A DNA stretch of 64,000 nt from the human T2T-CHM13v2.0 reference genome, Homo sapiens (GCF_009914755.1 NC_060937.1), one strand, 5' to 3'; counted from the first letter of the stretch, positions 40,481 to 55,414 are shown. Notes: generated by a model from the sequence alone, not told the origin. Translations and numbers: made by a program.

Positions 40481-42313
40481 ACAAAAATGTTGGCAGAGTT
40501 AAAGTTTAAAAAAAGAAAAAAAATTCATAGATCTTTTATAAAGGATTTTTTTGTAAAAATATAATTGCATCTTTCCTCCAATAGTTTTGAATTTTCTAAA
40601 TTGAGTCAGCATTTTATGCTTAAGTATTTGTGGTATTTTCATATCTTTTAAATTAGCAAAACTTAAAGACACTATTATGGAAACTAACACTTCAAAGAGT
40701 AAGTATTCTGTTGTGTTTTGACTTTACTTTTGTCTCAGATTTCCACAAATTCCAATCTCGATTAGCAATATTCATTAAAGTACCCACTGCTTGTTTTATT
40801 ATTTATAATTTAGTGTCTTTCCGTTCAAACAAAGAGGCAGATTGTCTTCTAGCTGAGACACCTGGAAGGTGGATGAAGTACAAAGGCCATGATTCAAAAG
40901 TCTGCAGTGCAGTCAACAAGCAATTACTTTTGCATGTGATAGGAGACTGTCAGCTTCAAACACAGGACATTCTTTGGGAAGATTAGTCCAAATTACATTT
41001 TATTACCTTGGCCCACTTGAATGGCCTAAACTTCATCTATTTCTTATTCTAATGGAATTCCAACTGGGGCATTAATATATTGTTTATGACATGTTTGGAG
41101 TTCTTGTGTTATCAGCATGCATTCATGAGAGAAGCTTCAAACAGTATCAGATAACAGTGAGCTGGATGTTGGATGTTGTACAGCACAGAGGATTTTATCA
41201 TCTTGTTGAACCAGTGGCAGTGATTAAATTAAACTGTCTGAACAAAGCTTTTGCATGTCATACTATTGAATGGCAAAATGAAAGAGTGACACACTTCAAA
41301 GATCAGAAGAAGGAAGAGAGGGCTAGAAAAACACAGTTATGTAACCCCTTATTGAGGAACATTCAGAAACAACATCAACAATTAAGAATTTTCCATTTTA
41401 CTTCATCTTTAAATTTTTCAGTGTCATTTCATTCATCTTCCAAGTACATTTCCCCACCTTCTTTCTCACATTGCATATTTAATTTAATTTGGAACATTGG
41501 CTGAATAATGAGATAGTTTCAGGGTTTTCACTTGTTCTGTTTCTTTGTGAAAGGAGGGTTTTTAATTTGTTTTAGTTTCTAATTTTTCTCTAAATATTTC
41601 CAAATGAGATATTATCAGAAGAAAATATCAAGGAGATTATGATGTTTCCATAATTTACAAGCACAATTTTTATTTGGAGCTAAAAGTACACAGGTGATAT
41701 TTCCCCCACTTCAAAAACAAAATTAATATTTTGAAATAAATTAATGGATGGAACCAAGATTATTTTTATAAACTGAAATATTGTGATGTGTAAACTCTCT
41801 GAAGAAGTTCATGAACAGAAAAGTTTTCATGTATCTGGGGTACAAAGTAACCTTATAAAAATCCACATGTTTTCCATCCACGAGATTTTTAAATCAACAA
41901 ACAGTTCTGACATTTATTTATTATTGTCTTTGTTAGTTAAAAAAAATGGTTAGTATTAAGAAAAATGTCATTTCCTCTCAAACAAAATAAAACTGGGAAA
42001 AAATCCAGGAAAAGCAAATTAAGTTTCAGTGCTGTTTCCATTACAAAATCTACATAGCTTCATTTCTGAATTATTGGCTAGATTAGTGGTTTCCTCTTTA
42101 TTTAAGTCTCTAAGTCAACCACTCAGAAATATTTAACTAACTTCAGTGTGCCATAGTACTTATAAAAGATAGGTTTTCAGATGCTATTACCCCTTGTAAA
42201 TGTATCCACTTCTACTTTTACTTCAATTGTGATTTATACAATTCTCAGAACTGTAAAAGAATGTCCATTTTGAAATAAATGCTGGTTCTTAGTAATGTAT
42301 CTTCACAATTTAG

Positions 42314-42617
42314 TTTATTCATTTATTTATTTATTTATGACAGTCTCCCTCTGTCGCCCAGGCTGGAGTGCAGTGGCACGATCTCAGCTCACTGCAACCT
42401 CCGCCTCCCAGGTTCAAGCGATTCTCCTAACTCAACCTTGAGTAGCTCGGACTTCAGTAGTTGCGCCACCATGCCCAGCTAATTTATTTGTATTTTTAGT
42501 AGAGATGGGGTTTCACCATGTTAGCCAGGCTGGTCTTGAACTCCTGACATAAAATGATCCATCTGCCTCGGCCTCCTAAACTGCTGGGATTACAGGTGTG
42601 AGCCACCGCACCCAGCC
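42314..42617 (-). mobile_element. AluS with (TTTA)n tail
   Basis: Full Alu body ending gagccaccgcacccagcc. Confidence 0.92.
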
Positions 42618-42619
42618 AA

Positions 42620-43061
42620 AAACGCATAAGTACAATATTATTCAGCATAAAAAGGAATGAAGTTCTGACACATGCTACAATACAGGTGAACCTGGAAAAG
42701 CTTATGCTAAGTAAAATAAGCCAGACACAAAAAGATACACATTGTATGATTCCACTTATATGAAATATCTATTCCACTTATATGAAATATTCATAGAGCA
42801 AAAAAATAGATTAGAAGTTATCAAGGACTACACAGGAGGGGAGAATAGTTATCAGAGACTATTGATTGGAATAGGCAATAATGGGGAGTTATTGTTTAAT
42901 GGCTACAGAATTTCTGTTTGGAAAGATGGAAACATCTGGAAATAATTAGTGATAATGACTGCACAAAGTTGTGAATGTAATTAATGCCAGGGAATTGTAC
43001 ACTTAAAAGTGATTCAAGTGGAATATTTTGTTGTATATATTTTACCACAATAAAAATTTAA
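42620..43061 (+). mobile_element. L1MB-type 3' end
   Basis: ataaaaaggaatgaagttctgacacatgctaca...ggggagttattgtttaatgg...ttttaccacaataaaaa. Confidence 0.8.
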
Positions 43062-43680
<619 letters not shown>

Positions 43681-44123
43681 GAAGTTTTGTGCTCTCCACT
43701 GGTTAAAATCACCATTTATCATGGCAAAAATATTTTTCCCCCAAACTGTAATACCATCCTGGAGGGATCATTTTCCCTAAAGGTTTTAAAAATTCAACTT
43801 GGCAAGGAAATGACAGTTACTAAATATTTCACTGACTGTCTCAGGAAAGTTATTAGAGATGATGGAGGAGAAGGTGCGTATGTTTCTATAGGGGTAGCAA
43901 GAGGAAGGTCCTTGTGGTGATGGAAGAGTTCTTTACCTTCCTTTTGGTGGTGGTTACAAGAACCTACACATGTGATAAAATGGCTATAAAACTATCTATA
44001 GATGAAATAGAACTACACACACACATAGTACCAATGTCAGTTTCCTGGTTTTGATATTGAACTATAGATATATAAGATGTAAACATTGGGGGAAACTGGA
44101 TGAAGGATGCATAGGAACACTCT

Positions 44124-44789
<666 letters not shown>

Positions 44790-45949
44790 ACTCTGTACTA
44801 TCTTTGCAACTTCTTGTGAATCTGTAATTTTTTCACAATAAAAGGTAAGAAAAAAAAATTCCACAAGGCAAGGAAATGACAGCTCACTTTTTAATGAGTC
44901 TAAATGCTTTGCTTACTGTCTCAAAATGCTTTGCTTACTGTCTTCATTTTCTCAGCTCCTCCAGGCATCCTGAGGGGAAGATGTAAAGAATCAGAGCCAG
45001 AGGATAAATGGTGACTCTGTGGGTCCCAGAAACCCTTCAAGATCTTTGAAAATAAGGACTGCTATATCATTCACTATGTGTATCCCCATTCCTATGCTAC
45101 AGGTAACCTATAGGCTAGCCCTTTGGACAATTTCAGTATTAAGGTCTTAAAGGTCTCAACTCTGCAGTACAGGGACTTCCTGTAACAAAATTAATTATGC
45201 TGAGACAACTTGTTGTCTGTGATTTACCCTTGGCTCTACCCTCCATATTTCACTTAAGTCTAAACCATGTGAAGACTTCCATCCAAGAAATTAGGTATTT
45301 TTAATATTTGCATAGCTACCAAACTGAAATACCACTTTCCTATGAAAAGGTATGCTTTATTTTTTTAATCACATTAGTTATACCAAAACCTTCTGTACCA
45401 TCTACTTAGTAATATTTACTTTCTTTATTAAATTTCTCTAATTACTCTTCTTTCAAAAAGCTAATAATCCCTTAAAAATTCTAAATTATATAATTGTATG
45501 AGAACTTTTAAAATAATTTAATATTAAAAATAAGAAGGAAAATCTAACACAGCATAAAGAATGAGGAAGGAGTGGCACAGTGAAAAAGAATGAAACTCTC
45601 AAAGAACTCTAAGAGGATTTTGCAATATAAAAGATTAGCAAATTCATCTAAAGACTTCCCAGTCTCCACATGAGAGTGCCTATAAGATACTACAGCCAAA
45701 AGAATCACCCCAAACATAACTAGAAAACAAATTCACAGATAGTAGTATCATTGGCAGTGAATTAAATAAGTAATACAGTGCAGTTCATTTTTTAATTCTT
45801 TAAACTCTAAATTTTTTTGTTTATATTTTCTTTGGGAAAAAAAATCAGTGAAGGACTAATTATCAGTTTCCATAAGAAAAAGAACAAAGTCCAATGATGT
45901 GCAAACTAGAACCAAAAATTGCAAACCATATTATTACCACAATATTTAA

Positions 45950-46270
45950 TGCACCATTATTTGCAATGTAGAAAAATTATAATCAACCTAAATGTCCATC
46001 AAAGTGGATAGAATATTGTTTAGCAGTTTAGAAATAAAAAGTTCCACATACACTTATTAACATGGAGAGATGTCCATGGCTTGTTACAGGACTAAACACA
46101 ATTTGTTCAATAATATGTATCATATAATCCTATTCTTGCAAGAAAAAATAGGATTTTATGATATGTGTGTATTTGTACACATATACATATAATTATGGCA
46201 TATGAGTAGAAAAAAGGGCAGAATGACAAGCACCCTGTTGTTAACATTGATTACCTCTGTGCATTGAAAT
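45950..46270 (+). mobile_element. Old L1ME-type fragment
   Basis: caacctaaatgtccatcaa...catggagagatgtccat...gttaacattgattacctctg. Confidence 0.55.
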
Positions 46271-46277
46271 TGGAGAG

Positions 46278-46600
46278 TACATTAGTTATTGATTGCTGTA
46301 AAAAAATTATCCCAAAACACTGTAGCTAAAAACAACAAACATTTATTATCTCACAGTTTCTGTGGATCAGAAACCAGGGAGCAGCTTAGCTGGGTAGTTC
46401 TAGACAGAGTTGCTCACAGAATGCATACAAGGTGTTGCCTGGGTCACTTCAAAGCTCCCTCTCCCAGGGGAGACCCCACTGTTGGTCAGCTTCAGAAGAT
46501 CTGCTTCCAAGCTCATTCCCCAGGGCTACCTCAGTTCTCCACGTGGCCCCTCATCTCCCAGGATCTCTCTTCTCCATGTGGACTCTTCAGAGCATAGTGA
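46278..46600 (-). mobile_element. MLT1 (E/F/G-like) LTR fragment
   Basis: aacaacaaacatttattatctcacagtttctgtggatcag...gcagcttagctggg. Confidence 0.75.
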
Positions 46601-46601
46601 G

Positions 46602-46790
46602 AGCCAGGTGTGGTGGCTCACGTCTGTAATCCCAACACTTTGGGATGCCAAGGCGGGCAGGTAACTTGAGGCCAGGAGTTCAAGACCAGCCTGGGAAACA
46701 TGACAAAACCCCGTCTCTACTGAAAACACAAAAATTAGCCCTACATGTGTAGTCCCAGCTACTCAGGAGGCTGAGGCAGGAGAATCCACT
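46602..46790 (+). mobile_element. Alu, 3'-truncated
   Basis: Left arm plus partial right arm ending ggcaggagaatc, abutting L1. Confidence 0.88.
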
Positions 46791-47760
46791 TTAACATCCC
46801 CCACCAAAGTGATACATTTGCTATAACTGATGAACCTATATTGACACAACGTCATCACCCCAAATCCATAGTTTATATTATACTTCACCCTTGGGGCTGT
46901 ACATTTTATGGATTTGGACAAATGTACCACGTGTATCCAGCAGTACAGTATCATACAGAATAGTTTCAGTGTCCTAAAAATCCCCTTCCCTTCTTCCTAA
47001 TTTCTTTGTTTTTTTGTTTTGTTTTGAGGCAGATTCTCACTCTGTCACCCAGGATGGAGTGCAGTGGCGTGATCGCAAGCTCACTGCAACCTCTGCCTCC
47101 CAAGTTCAAGCGATTCTCCTGCCTCAGCCTCCCTAATAGCTGGAACCACAGGTGCACACCACCACGCCCGGCTAATTTTTGTATTTTTAGTAGACACGGG
47201 TTTTCATCATGTTGGGCAGGCTGGTCTCAAACTCGTGACCTCTGGTGATCTGCCTGCCTCAGCCTCCCAAAGTGCTGGGATTACAGGCGTGAGCCACTGC
47301 ATCCAGCCCCTTCTTCCTAATTTCCAACAGTCACTGATCTTTTCTACTGGCTCCATAGTTTTGCCTTTTCCAGAATGCCATATAGTTGGAATCCTAAGTA
47401 TGTAGACTTTTCAGATCAGAGCCAGACTTTTACTTTCACTTAGTAATAGGCATTTAAGTTTCCTCCATCTTTCATGGCTTGATAGCTCATTCCTTTTCAG
47501 CACTGAACAACATTCCACTATTTGTCCATTCACCTCCTGAAGGTCATCTCAGTTGTTTCCAAGTTTTGGGAATTATGAATAAAGCTGCTATAAACATCTG
47601 TGTGTAGTTTTTTTGTGTATACATACATTTTCAATGTTGTAGGGTAAATAAAAAGGAGGAAGATTGCTGGATTGTATATATGGTATACATATGTTTAGTT
47701 TTGTAAGAAACTTCCTTCCAAAGTGTCTGTAACACTTTGCATTTATATGGCCAACTAGCC
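46791..47760 (-). mobile_element. L1MA/MB-type fragment (split by an Alu)
   Basis: gatgaacctatattgacac...tttgccttttccagaatg...attatgaataaagctgctataaacat. Confidence 0.8.
47005..47308 (-). mobile_element. AluS
   Basis: 16-bp TSD ccttcttcctaatttc. Confidence 0.95.
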
Positions 47761-48189
47761 TTATATATTTATACAGGATTTTTAAAAAATTCAACACCAG
47801 TTGAAAGGAATCTGATGCAAATATTTTGTGTAATTCGCAAATAGTTCAATTGATAATATTTTTAGTTAGCAGTTTTCATTACTCCAGGGCAAATTGAGAT
47901 GAATGAACATCTACTAAGTAATGAGTGATGTATATGCATAAATCAATTCAGGAGAGACTTTTTAATCATTTTAACTATTCCAAGAAATTTATGTCATTAT
48001 TAGCGATCATTATTAGGGATATAACAACACACAAACAGAAGTTTTCATCTTTCTGGGAACTTAGAAACATTTAATATCCAATCCTCCCTGTGTCTACTAG
48101 AGTTTACTCTTTATACTTGGTGTTTTTATCAATATAATATTTTGTCACAGTACTATTCTTTAGTCAGCAATGGCTTTCCTGGAGGGGCA

Positions 48190-48440
48190 GTTCAAAGTGG
48201 TGCTTAAAAGCATAGACTCTGGAGCCAGATTGCTTGAGTTTAAATCCCAGCCTGGTCATTTCCCTTAGGCAAGTTACTTAACCTGCCTATGTCAGTTTTC
48301 TCATTCATAAACATGGGGGAATTATAGTAATAATATATACTCTCGTAAGATTTTTTAAAGGACTAAATGATTTAATATACCCAAAACTCTTACAATAATA
48401 CCTTGCATATAGTTGTAACTCAATAGTTGTCAGACATTAT
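48190..48440 (+). mobile_element. MIR SINE
   Basis: gcatagactctggagccagattgcttgagtttaaatcccag...ggcaagttacttaacc. Confidence 0.85.
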
Positions 48441-48535
48441 AATTATAATTATTACTTATATCTAACTTACAAGAAGGGTTAACATAAGCAGATTTAATAT
48501 GAAAACACTTTGTTACAAATTAGAAGCATGTCCCC

Positions 48536-48823
48536 TGGTATGGTTTACTCTGTGTCCTCACCCAAATCTCATCTTGAACTGTAATCTCCACATGTCAAGG
48601 GAGGGTCCTGGTGGGAGGTGATTGGATCATGGGGGCGGTTGCATGATAGTGAGGGAGTTCTCACGAGATCTGATGGTTTAAAAGTGGCAGTTTCCCCTAC
48701 GCTCTCTCTGTCTCCTGCTGCTGTGTAAGAAGTGCCTTGCTTCCTCTTCGCTTTCTGCCATGATTGTAAGTTTCCTGAGGCCTTTCCAGTCATGCAAAAC
48801 TGTGAGTCAATTAAACCTCTTTT
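48536..48823 (+). mobile_element. THE1C/D-like LTR, 3'-truncated
   Basis: tatggttt...cacccaaatctcatcttgaa...gtgagtcaattaaacctctttt. Confidence 0.88.
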
Positions 48824-49209
48824 GACAACAGATGTCTTGAAACAGTGTTATGAATCGAAGTAAAAGGAGGGAGAGTCCAACCAGCTTTTAGGTTTGGCAC
48901 TCCGCCTCTTTTGATTACAAGTTGATGTGCCCTGGACATTGTACCTATTGTCTTCTCCATTTTTCTCCAACATTTTGAGGAAGGACGTTTCACAGACTGA
49001 AAGGAAATACAATGCAGTTTAGAGATGAAAAGGCATATGGGCCTTTACACATGTTGTTTCCTCTGTTTGGACTCTTTTCTTTTTTTAACCAAACCTCTAT
49101 GTATATGGCAAACTTGATTTTCAGGTCTTATTTAAAATTCACGGACTCCAGAAAACAACTTTCCAGATCCCTCCAAAATAGATATGTGTTCCCTTCCCTT
49201 AGGCAGTTA

Positions 49210-49637
49210 CACACTTAGTCCATTTTGTGTTGCTATAAAGAATGCCTGAGGTGGGGTAATTTATTTAAAAAAAAAAGAGGCTTATTTGACTCATGGTTCT
49301 GCAGACTATACAAGAAGCATGGTGCTGGCATGTGCTTCTGATGAGGGCTTCAGCTGCTTTCACTCACAGAAGACGGTGAAGGGGAGGCAGCATGTACAGA
49401 GATCACATTACGAGAAAGGAAGTGAGAGAGATGAGGAGATGCCAAGCTCTTTTTAACAACCAGTTCTCACAGGAACTAATAGAGTGAGAACTTAACTCAT
49501 TGCTATGAGGATGGCACAAAGACATTCATGAAAGATCTGCCTCCATGTCTCCATCACCTCCCAACAGGCCCCACCTCCAATATTGGAGATCAAATTTCAA
49601 CATGAGGTTTCGGGGGACAGACATCCAAACTATAGCA
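49210..49637 (-). mobile_element. MSTB-like solo LTR
   Basis: cttagtccattttgtgttgctataaag...acatccaaactatagca. Confidence 0.88.
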
Positions 49638-49974
49638 CACACTGAATTGGAATAGCTTATTTTTAGTCTTTACTAGTTTGTGAGCTCCTCCAGAATAAAA
49701 GTTTCTACTCCTCTTTGTATCTGCACTGACATCTTTCATGCCTTGCACACTGGAGGTACTCAATAAATACTGGTCAAATGAATGAATGAACAAAAGCAAG
49801 GACTTTGAGGAGGCAAAAAGATGATTCTTCAGTCCTTTCTTGTTCTCTTTGTTTTGCTTTGACTTGGAACTGAGCACACCCTGGTCCTTTGTCCCTTAGA
49901 AATAGAGCTAATGTTAAGTCCAGAGAAAAAGATGGTACGAAGCTGGCTGCAAAGAGCCCTTCTGGTCCAGGCAA

Positions 49975-50123
49975 CCTGGAAGAGAGTTCTCAGCAGAACC
50001 CAACCATGCTGGCACCCTGATCTCAGACTTCCAGCCTCTAGAGCTGTGAGAAATACATTTCTGTTGTGTATAAGTCACCAAGTCTGTGGTATTCTGTTGT
50101 AGCATCCCAAACAGACTAAGACA
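49975..50123 (+). mobile_element. MLT1A/MST-type LTR 3' fragment
   Basis: gctggcaccctgatctcagacttccagcctctagagctgtgagaaata...agactaagaca. Confidence 0.8.
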
Positions 50124-51549
50124 ACAGGCGAACAGATATAGATCAAATAGAGGAATGAAAACCCCAAACATGCACACTCAATTAAAGTTCACTTTTACAG
50201 AGAGAAGATCTGTCCTCTACAGCCACAGTGGATAAGGGCAAATTAGGAATAAGAAAGAAGCAATCTTAAGAGCAGAAAGAAAGTTGGGCTGTCCACTGGG
50301 TAAGTTCTCTTCCTGCCTGCCAAGCAGGCCATCTGTGAGACCAGTCTGAAAATACACAGGCGAAATGGTAGAGAAGCTGTCCATCCCTTGTTATCATTGT
50401 TATTGCTGTTAAAAATAGCTTTCAGTCATTCAGCATATTTATGGAAGGAGTTGGTTTCCGAATTAGAGATAAGCAAATACCACTATATTCCATTTATGGA
50501 AATCAGAGCTGAGTAGTTAAATGCACTGAAAGAGACCATTTTCTAGCTCAATAGATCTAAGGAATTCTTAGCTTTTAAACTCGGTTTTATCAGATGGAAG
50601 GAAGTAATATTGGAGAATAGAGGAGATTAAATGTCAGGACTAAGGCCATATCTACATACAGCAATCAAGTTAGCCAAAGTGGAGTGAACTCAATATGCTT
50701 TGTTGTTTCCATGATGAAGCTGTGCAGTCATCAACCATGTCAACTGTTCATTGATCCAACTTAGTCTCTTAGAAACAATCCAGTCAGCTCTGTAGTAATC
50801 CAGTGACTTTGGTTATAATCCTAAATTTGTTGTCTTTTGTCTTCCTTTAAAACTTCATAAGGAAACACAATTCAGTTAAAATGACCAAATCTCTTGAAGA
50901 CTGAAAACTAACTTCAAATACAGGATTTCTGCAAACTACAGATGCTTTCCAGAAATGACTGCTTACTTAAACATACTCATTAAGGTTCACATTTTTGTTT
51001 TAATTACTGAACTTTTCTTATGTTATGTATTTTTCTTTGAGTATATAGTTTCATCATGTTTGTCAAATTGCCTCATAAGCAAAATGGGTTTTGGCAACAT
51101 TTGCCTACCTTTTTATATAGCATGATGAACATACAGTTCTCACACATAGCATAACAGTAGAAACAAATGTCCAACAACTAATAACATGTCCATAGTTATG
51201 AATTGACCACATAAATAAACAGACTGTCCATTTTCCTGTTCCCATTTTATGAATGTATGATTCAATTTTACTTCCTTTGATGTCAACCCTTAATTTCTCC
51301 TCTAGTCTTCTCTAGTCCACATCATCTTGCTTTTCCCATTTTCTCACTTGCCTACATGCATGCAAAAGAAATTCATAGTAAGAGCCAGCATTTATGCACT
51401 TTATGCTACAGGAACTGTTACTTTCTTTATAGACCATATCTTTTTTCCCAGTAGCGCTAAAGAGAGCTACTATTATTATCATATCTATATAAGACATGAG
51501 GACACTAGGGCTGACTAAGGTTTAGCTATTTATTCAAGTTCACACAGGC

Positions 51550-51990
51550 AGGGTGTTTAGATTATTGTTCAGCAAAACTCTCTTCCCTTCCCACCGTTGC
51601 ATAGTAGACATCTCTGCATTATTGATGTTGTACTTGACCATAGGATTTGCTTGGGTCCATCCAATATTAGCAGACATGATGTGAGCAGAGGCCTTAAATA
51701 TGCATCATGAATTTGGCTTGTCTCTTTCATTCTGGTGATCTGTCATGAGAGGAGTATGTTTCATGTGAACGCTCCTTCTTCATTGTAAGCCACATAATGA
51801 AATATAGACAGCAGAACTCCTTCCCTAGGAAGTCAATGGTCCCAGGAGTATCAAGACTCATGGTATAAACCTGAGTTAAACCTGTAGCCTAGAAACCAGA
51901 GCCTAGCTGAGCCAAGTCGCCACTGACTTGCAGTCCCATGAGCAAGGGAATCAGTGTCAGTTGTTTGATGTCACTAAAATTAGGGTCATT
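51550..51990 (+). mobile_element. Old MLT1 (H-J-like) LTR
   Basis: attgttcagcaaa...agcagaggccttaaatatgca...cccatgagc...tgtcactaaaattaggg. Confidence 0.55.
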
Positions 51991-51994
51991 TTGT

Positions 51995-52363
51995 TGCTAG
52001 GAACTGAATGTTTGTCTACCCATGAAATTCATATGTTCATATGTGAAAGTCTTAATCTCCAATGTGATGGTATTTGGATGTGGGGGCTTTTGGAGATGAC
52101 TCGGTGATGAGGGGGCAGCCCTCATGAATGGGATTTATGCATTTATAACAACACAAGTAAAGCGATCTCTCTCTCTCCACCATGTGATGATATAGCAAGA
52201 AGGCCGCTATCTGCAAACCAGGAAGAGAGCCCTCACCAGGAACCACATTGGTCCACACCTTGATCTTGGACTTCCCAGCCTTCAGGACCATGAGAAATAA
52301 ATCTCTGTTGCTTAAGCTGCAGTCTATGGTATTTTGTTATAACAGCCCAAACTGACTAAAACA
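51995..52363 (+). mobile_element. MLT1A-type solo LTR
   Basis: ctgaatgtttgtc...aattcatatgtt...ggaagagagccctcacca...gactaaaaca. Confidence 0.85.
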
Positions 52364-53617
52364 CTAGTGGTGCAGCATTATTGAGGAGATATTAGATAGT
52401 AAGTTGTAGAGCAGGGATGCAAACCTATATCTATCAGATGCCAAAATGGAAGCACTAACATCTTACTTGATACTGCCTATGTGTGAATTGATAGAATAAG
52501 GGATTGAACACAAGATGTATAGCTTCAAAGTCTGAGGATTATAGGTTAAGTGATTTTTAATAGTAAAAAGGAACATAACCCAAGACAATGAATAGGGAAG
52601 ATCAGGGCCTTAAAAGCATCTGGGGAAAGGAGATAATATCTATGACAAAGGGCCTCCCATGTTCAGACTTCACACCCACACCCCTTCTTCCACACTGCTG
52701 ACCCAACCTGCACCTGTGGATACCACAGAGAGGACAGAACCAATATATATTGGTTCTGGCCCAAGGAAAGCACACTGCTCTAGAAAAATCCTGGAGTTAC
52801 TATTTTGCATATTTTTTTCATCTTTCACTTTAAAGGATTAAAGAATACTTCTGCACATATTTCCACTGGTTGCAAGGATCCAGAAAACCACTTATGAGTC
52901 AGTATTTTACAAATGTTCAAATGTAAGTGGATTCTTTTTGATAGCAGCATCACTTTCTGATGGGATAGGAACCCAGAAATTCACAATAGTGGTTTTCATT
53001 AAAGAGCATTCTTGGCACTTTTTATGGCAAAAATTATTAGCACTTGCCTTTTGGCAAAATTCCAAGCTAAGAAATGATATCATACCTGTTTATGCTCCTC
53101 CCATGATTTCAATGTCATTCTTCTTGCTTTCTTCCTTGAAACAATGTGACATTACTATGAATGCCTAATTCACTTCCAAAGTCAGTGAGCCATGGTTTCT
53201 CTTTTCTTAATACCAAGGCTTTTAGAGTTTTAATTAACTAATCATTATAAAGCAATCGTATGAAAGGAAATACAGTATTTATAACATTGATATCAACTGA
53301 TTTTATAATACTTAAAGTCAGTAAGATCAGTAAAAGAGGCAAATTAGGAAACCTCCTAGTTCTACTGCAATTCCATCACTTATGATATTTTAAATAGTTT
53401 TTGCCAGCATTGAGGCTTCTCTAAACAAGACTTACTGCTTAATCTAGATTTCAGGTTCACTTGATTAAAGATAGAAACACTTTAGAGCAAGAATGAGTGA
53501 GCCTAGATTTTATTTTACTTTGGGTTGCTAAATTTATTAATATCACGCATGAACCTGGAATTTATTATAATGCCTGAAATCATGCCTTCCCAGAGGTTGA
53601 AAGTGCTCCCTAACTCA

Positions 53618-53626
53618 TATTAGTCA

Positions 53627-53662
<36 letters not shown>

Positions 53663-54247
53663 GCCTGCATGTGTAGACAGTGAGACAGAGACAGAGATAG
53701 AGAAGCAGAGAGAGAGAAGAACAGAGATTTTAAGAAATTAGCTCAAGAAATTGTGGAGGCTGGGAAGCCAGAAGTCCTCAAATCAGGCTGGCTGGCTGCA
53801 GATTCTAGTAGGAGTTGAAGTCTTCAGTCTGAAAGCAGTCTAGAGGTTATGGAGGCTGAGAAGTTCTATGATCTGCCATCTGCAAGCTGGAGACCCAGGA
53901 AAGCCAGTGGTATAATTCAGTCTGAGTCCCAAGGCTTGAGAACCAGGGTAGTTGATGGTAGAAATCCCAGTCTGAGAGCAGGAGAAGTTGAAATGAGATG
54001 TCCTATCTCAAGTGTTTAGGCAGAAAAAAGGGGGCAGATTCGTTGATCTTCCATCTTTTGTTTTTTTCAGGCCCTCAATAGAGTGGATGATGACACCCGC
54101 ATTGAGGAGGACAATCTACCTTACCCAGTCCGCCAATTCAAATGTCAACCTTATTTGGAAACACTTTCATAGAAACACCCAGAAATAATATTCAATCTGG
54201 GCACCCCATGGCCCAGTTAAGTTGGTACCTAAAATTAACTATCACAC
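53618..54247 (-). mobile_element. MLT2 (ERVL) LTR sequence, apparently two joined pieces
   Basis: gaaattagctca...tggaggctg segment restarts near 53847 (ttatggaggctgagaagttc); ends aaaattaactatcaca. Confidence 0.8.
53629..53660 (+). repeat. (GT)16 microsatellite
   Basis: Perfect dinucleotide run followed by a GA-rich tract. Confidence 0.95.
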
Positions 54248-54555
54248 ATGGCAAAATGAATTTTGGAGATATGATTGAGTTAAATTTTTTGAAATGGGGA
54301 GATTTTCCTGCATTATTTGGATAAGCCCAATGTAATCACAATTCATTGTAAAAAGGGTGCAGGAGGATACAGAATCAGGAAAGAATGGTGACAGTGGAAG
54401 TGGAAATTGGAGTGATATCCTTTAAAGACAGAAGAAGAAGCCACAAGCCAAGAAATACAGGTGGTCTCTAGAAGCTGTAAAAGGCAGGGAAACAAGTCTC
54501 TCCTAGACCTTCTAGAAAAGCTGCAGCTCTGTTAGCACCTTGATTTTAGCCCAGT
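54248..54555 (+). mobile_element. MLT1D/E-like LTR fragment
   Basis: catggcaaaatgaattttggagat...cccaatgtaatcaca...caccttgattttagcccagt. Confidence 0.75.
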
Positions 54556-55003
54556 TTGATCCATGTTTGCAAAAGCAGTGTATTAATAATAGAAAAGGTA
54601 GATATTTCTAGCAAAATTTTAGTACAACCTCTACATCATTTTTATTGGGATTTAAAAACATATACCATTATTTTAAATAAGCACTACACGTCTGCAATTA
54701 CCAGCTAGTATCTTTGTGAGTGATTTCAGTTATGATAGCCATTAATCATGTATCCAAAAAACTTCAGGCTCTTGCCCTCTCATCATGTGATGCCCTCTGA
54801 CACGTTATGATGCAACATGAAGTTCCTCACCAGATGCTGGTGCCATGGTATTGGACTTCCAGAATTGTGAGCTAAATTATGAGCTCTTTTCTTTAAAAAA
54901 CAAAAATCAAAAAACTTCAGAATCATTTCTTCAAATTATTTAATTACAAATGGGTAGGTCAAATTTCAAAAATAATATTACATGTCTATTTGCATTGAGA
55001 GCC

Positions 55004-55414
55004 TATCTTAGTCTATTTGTGCTGCTATAAAGAAATACCTGAGGCTGCATAATTTATAAAGAAAAGAGGTTTATTTGGCTCACTGTTCTGCAGGCTATAC
55101 AAGAAGCACAGCAATGGCATCTGCTCAGCCTCTGGTGAGGGCTTCAGGCTGCAACCACTCACAGCAGAAGGGAGCCAGTGTTTGCAGAGATCATGTAGAG
55201 AGAGAGAGGTGGGAGGTAACAGGCTCTTATTAACAACCAGTTCTTGAGTGAACTAATAGAGTAAGAACTCAATTTTTACCATAAGGACTGCACCAGCCAT
55301 TTATGAGAAATCTGCCCCCATGATTGAAACACCTCCCAATAGGTCCCCACCTCCAACATTGGGATCAAATTTCAACATGAGGTTTGGCAGGGTCAAACAA
55401 ACCAAACTGTAGCA
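55004..55414 (-). mobile_element. MSTB-like solo LTR
   Basis: tcttagtc...ccaaactgtagca; 5-bp TSD gagcc. Confidence 0.9.

Noticed and set aside
41091-41504. 137-aa ORF
   Set aside because: No recognisable domain; chance-length ORF in AT-rich DNA
49210-55414. Two same-orientation MSTB LTRs as ends of one provirus
   Set aside because: The second has its own 5-bp TSD (gagcc) and the intervening DNA is not MST-internal
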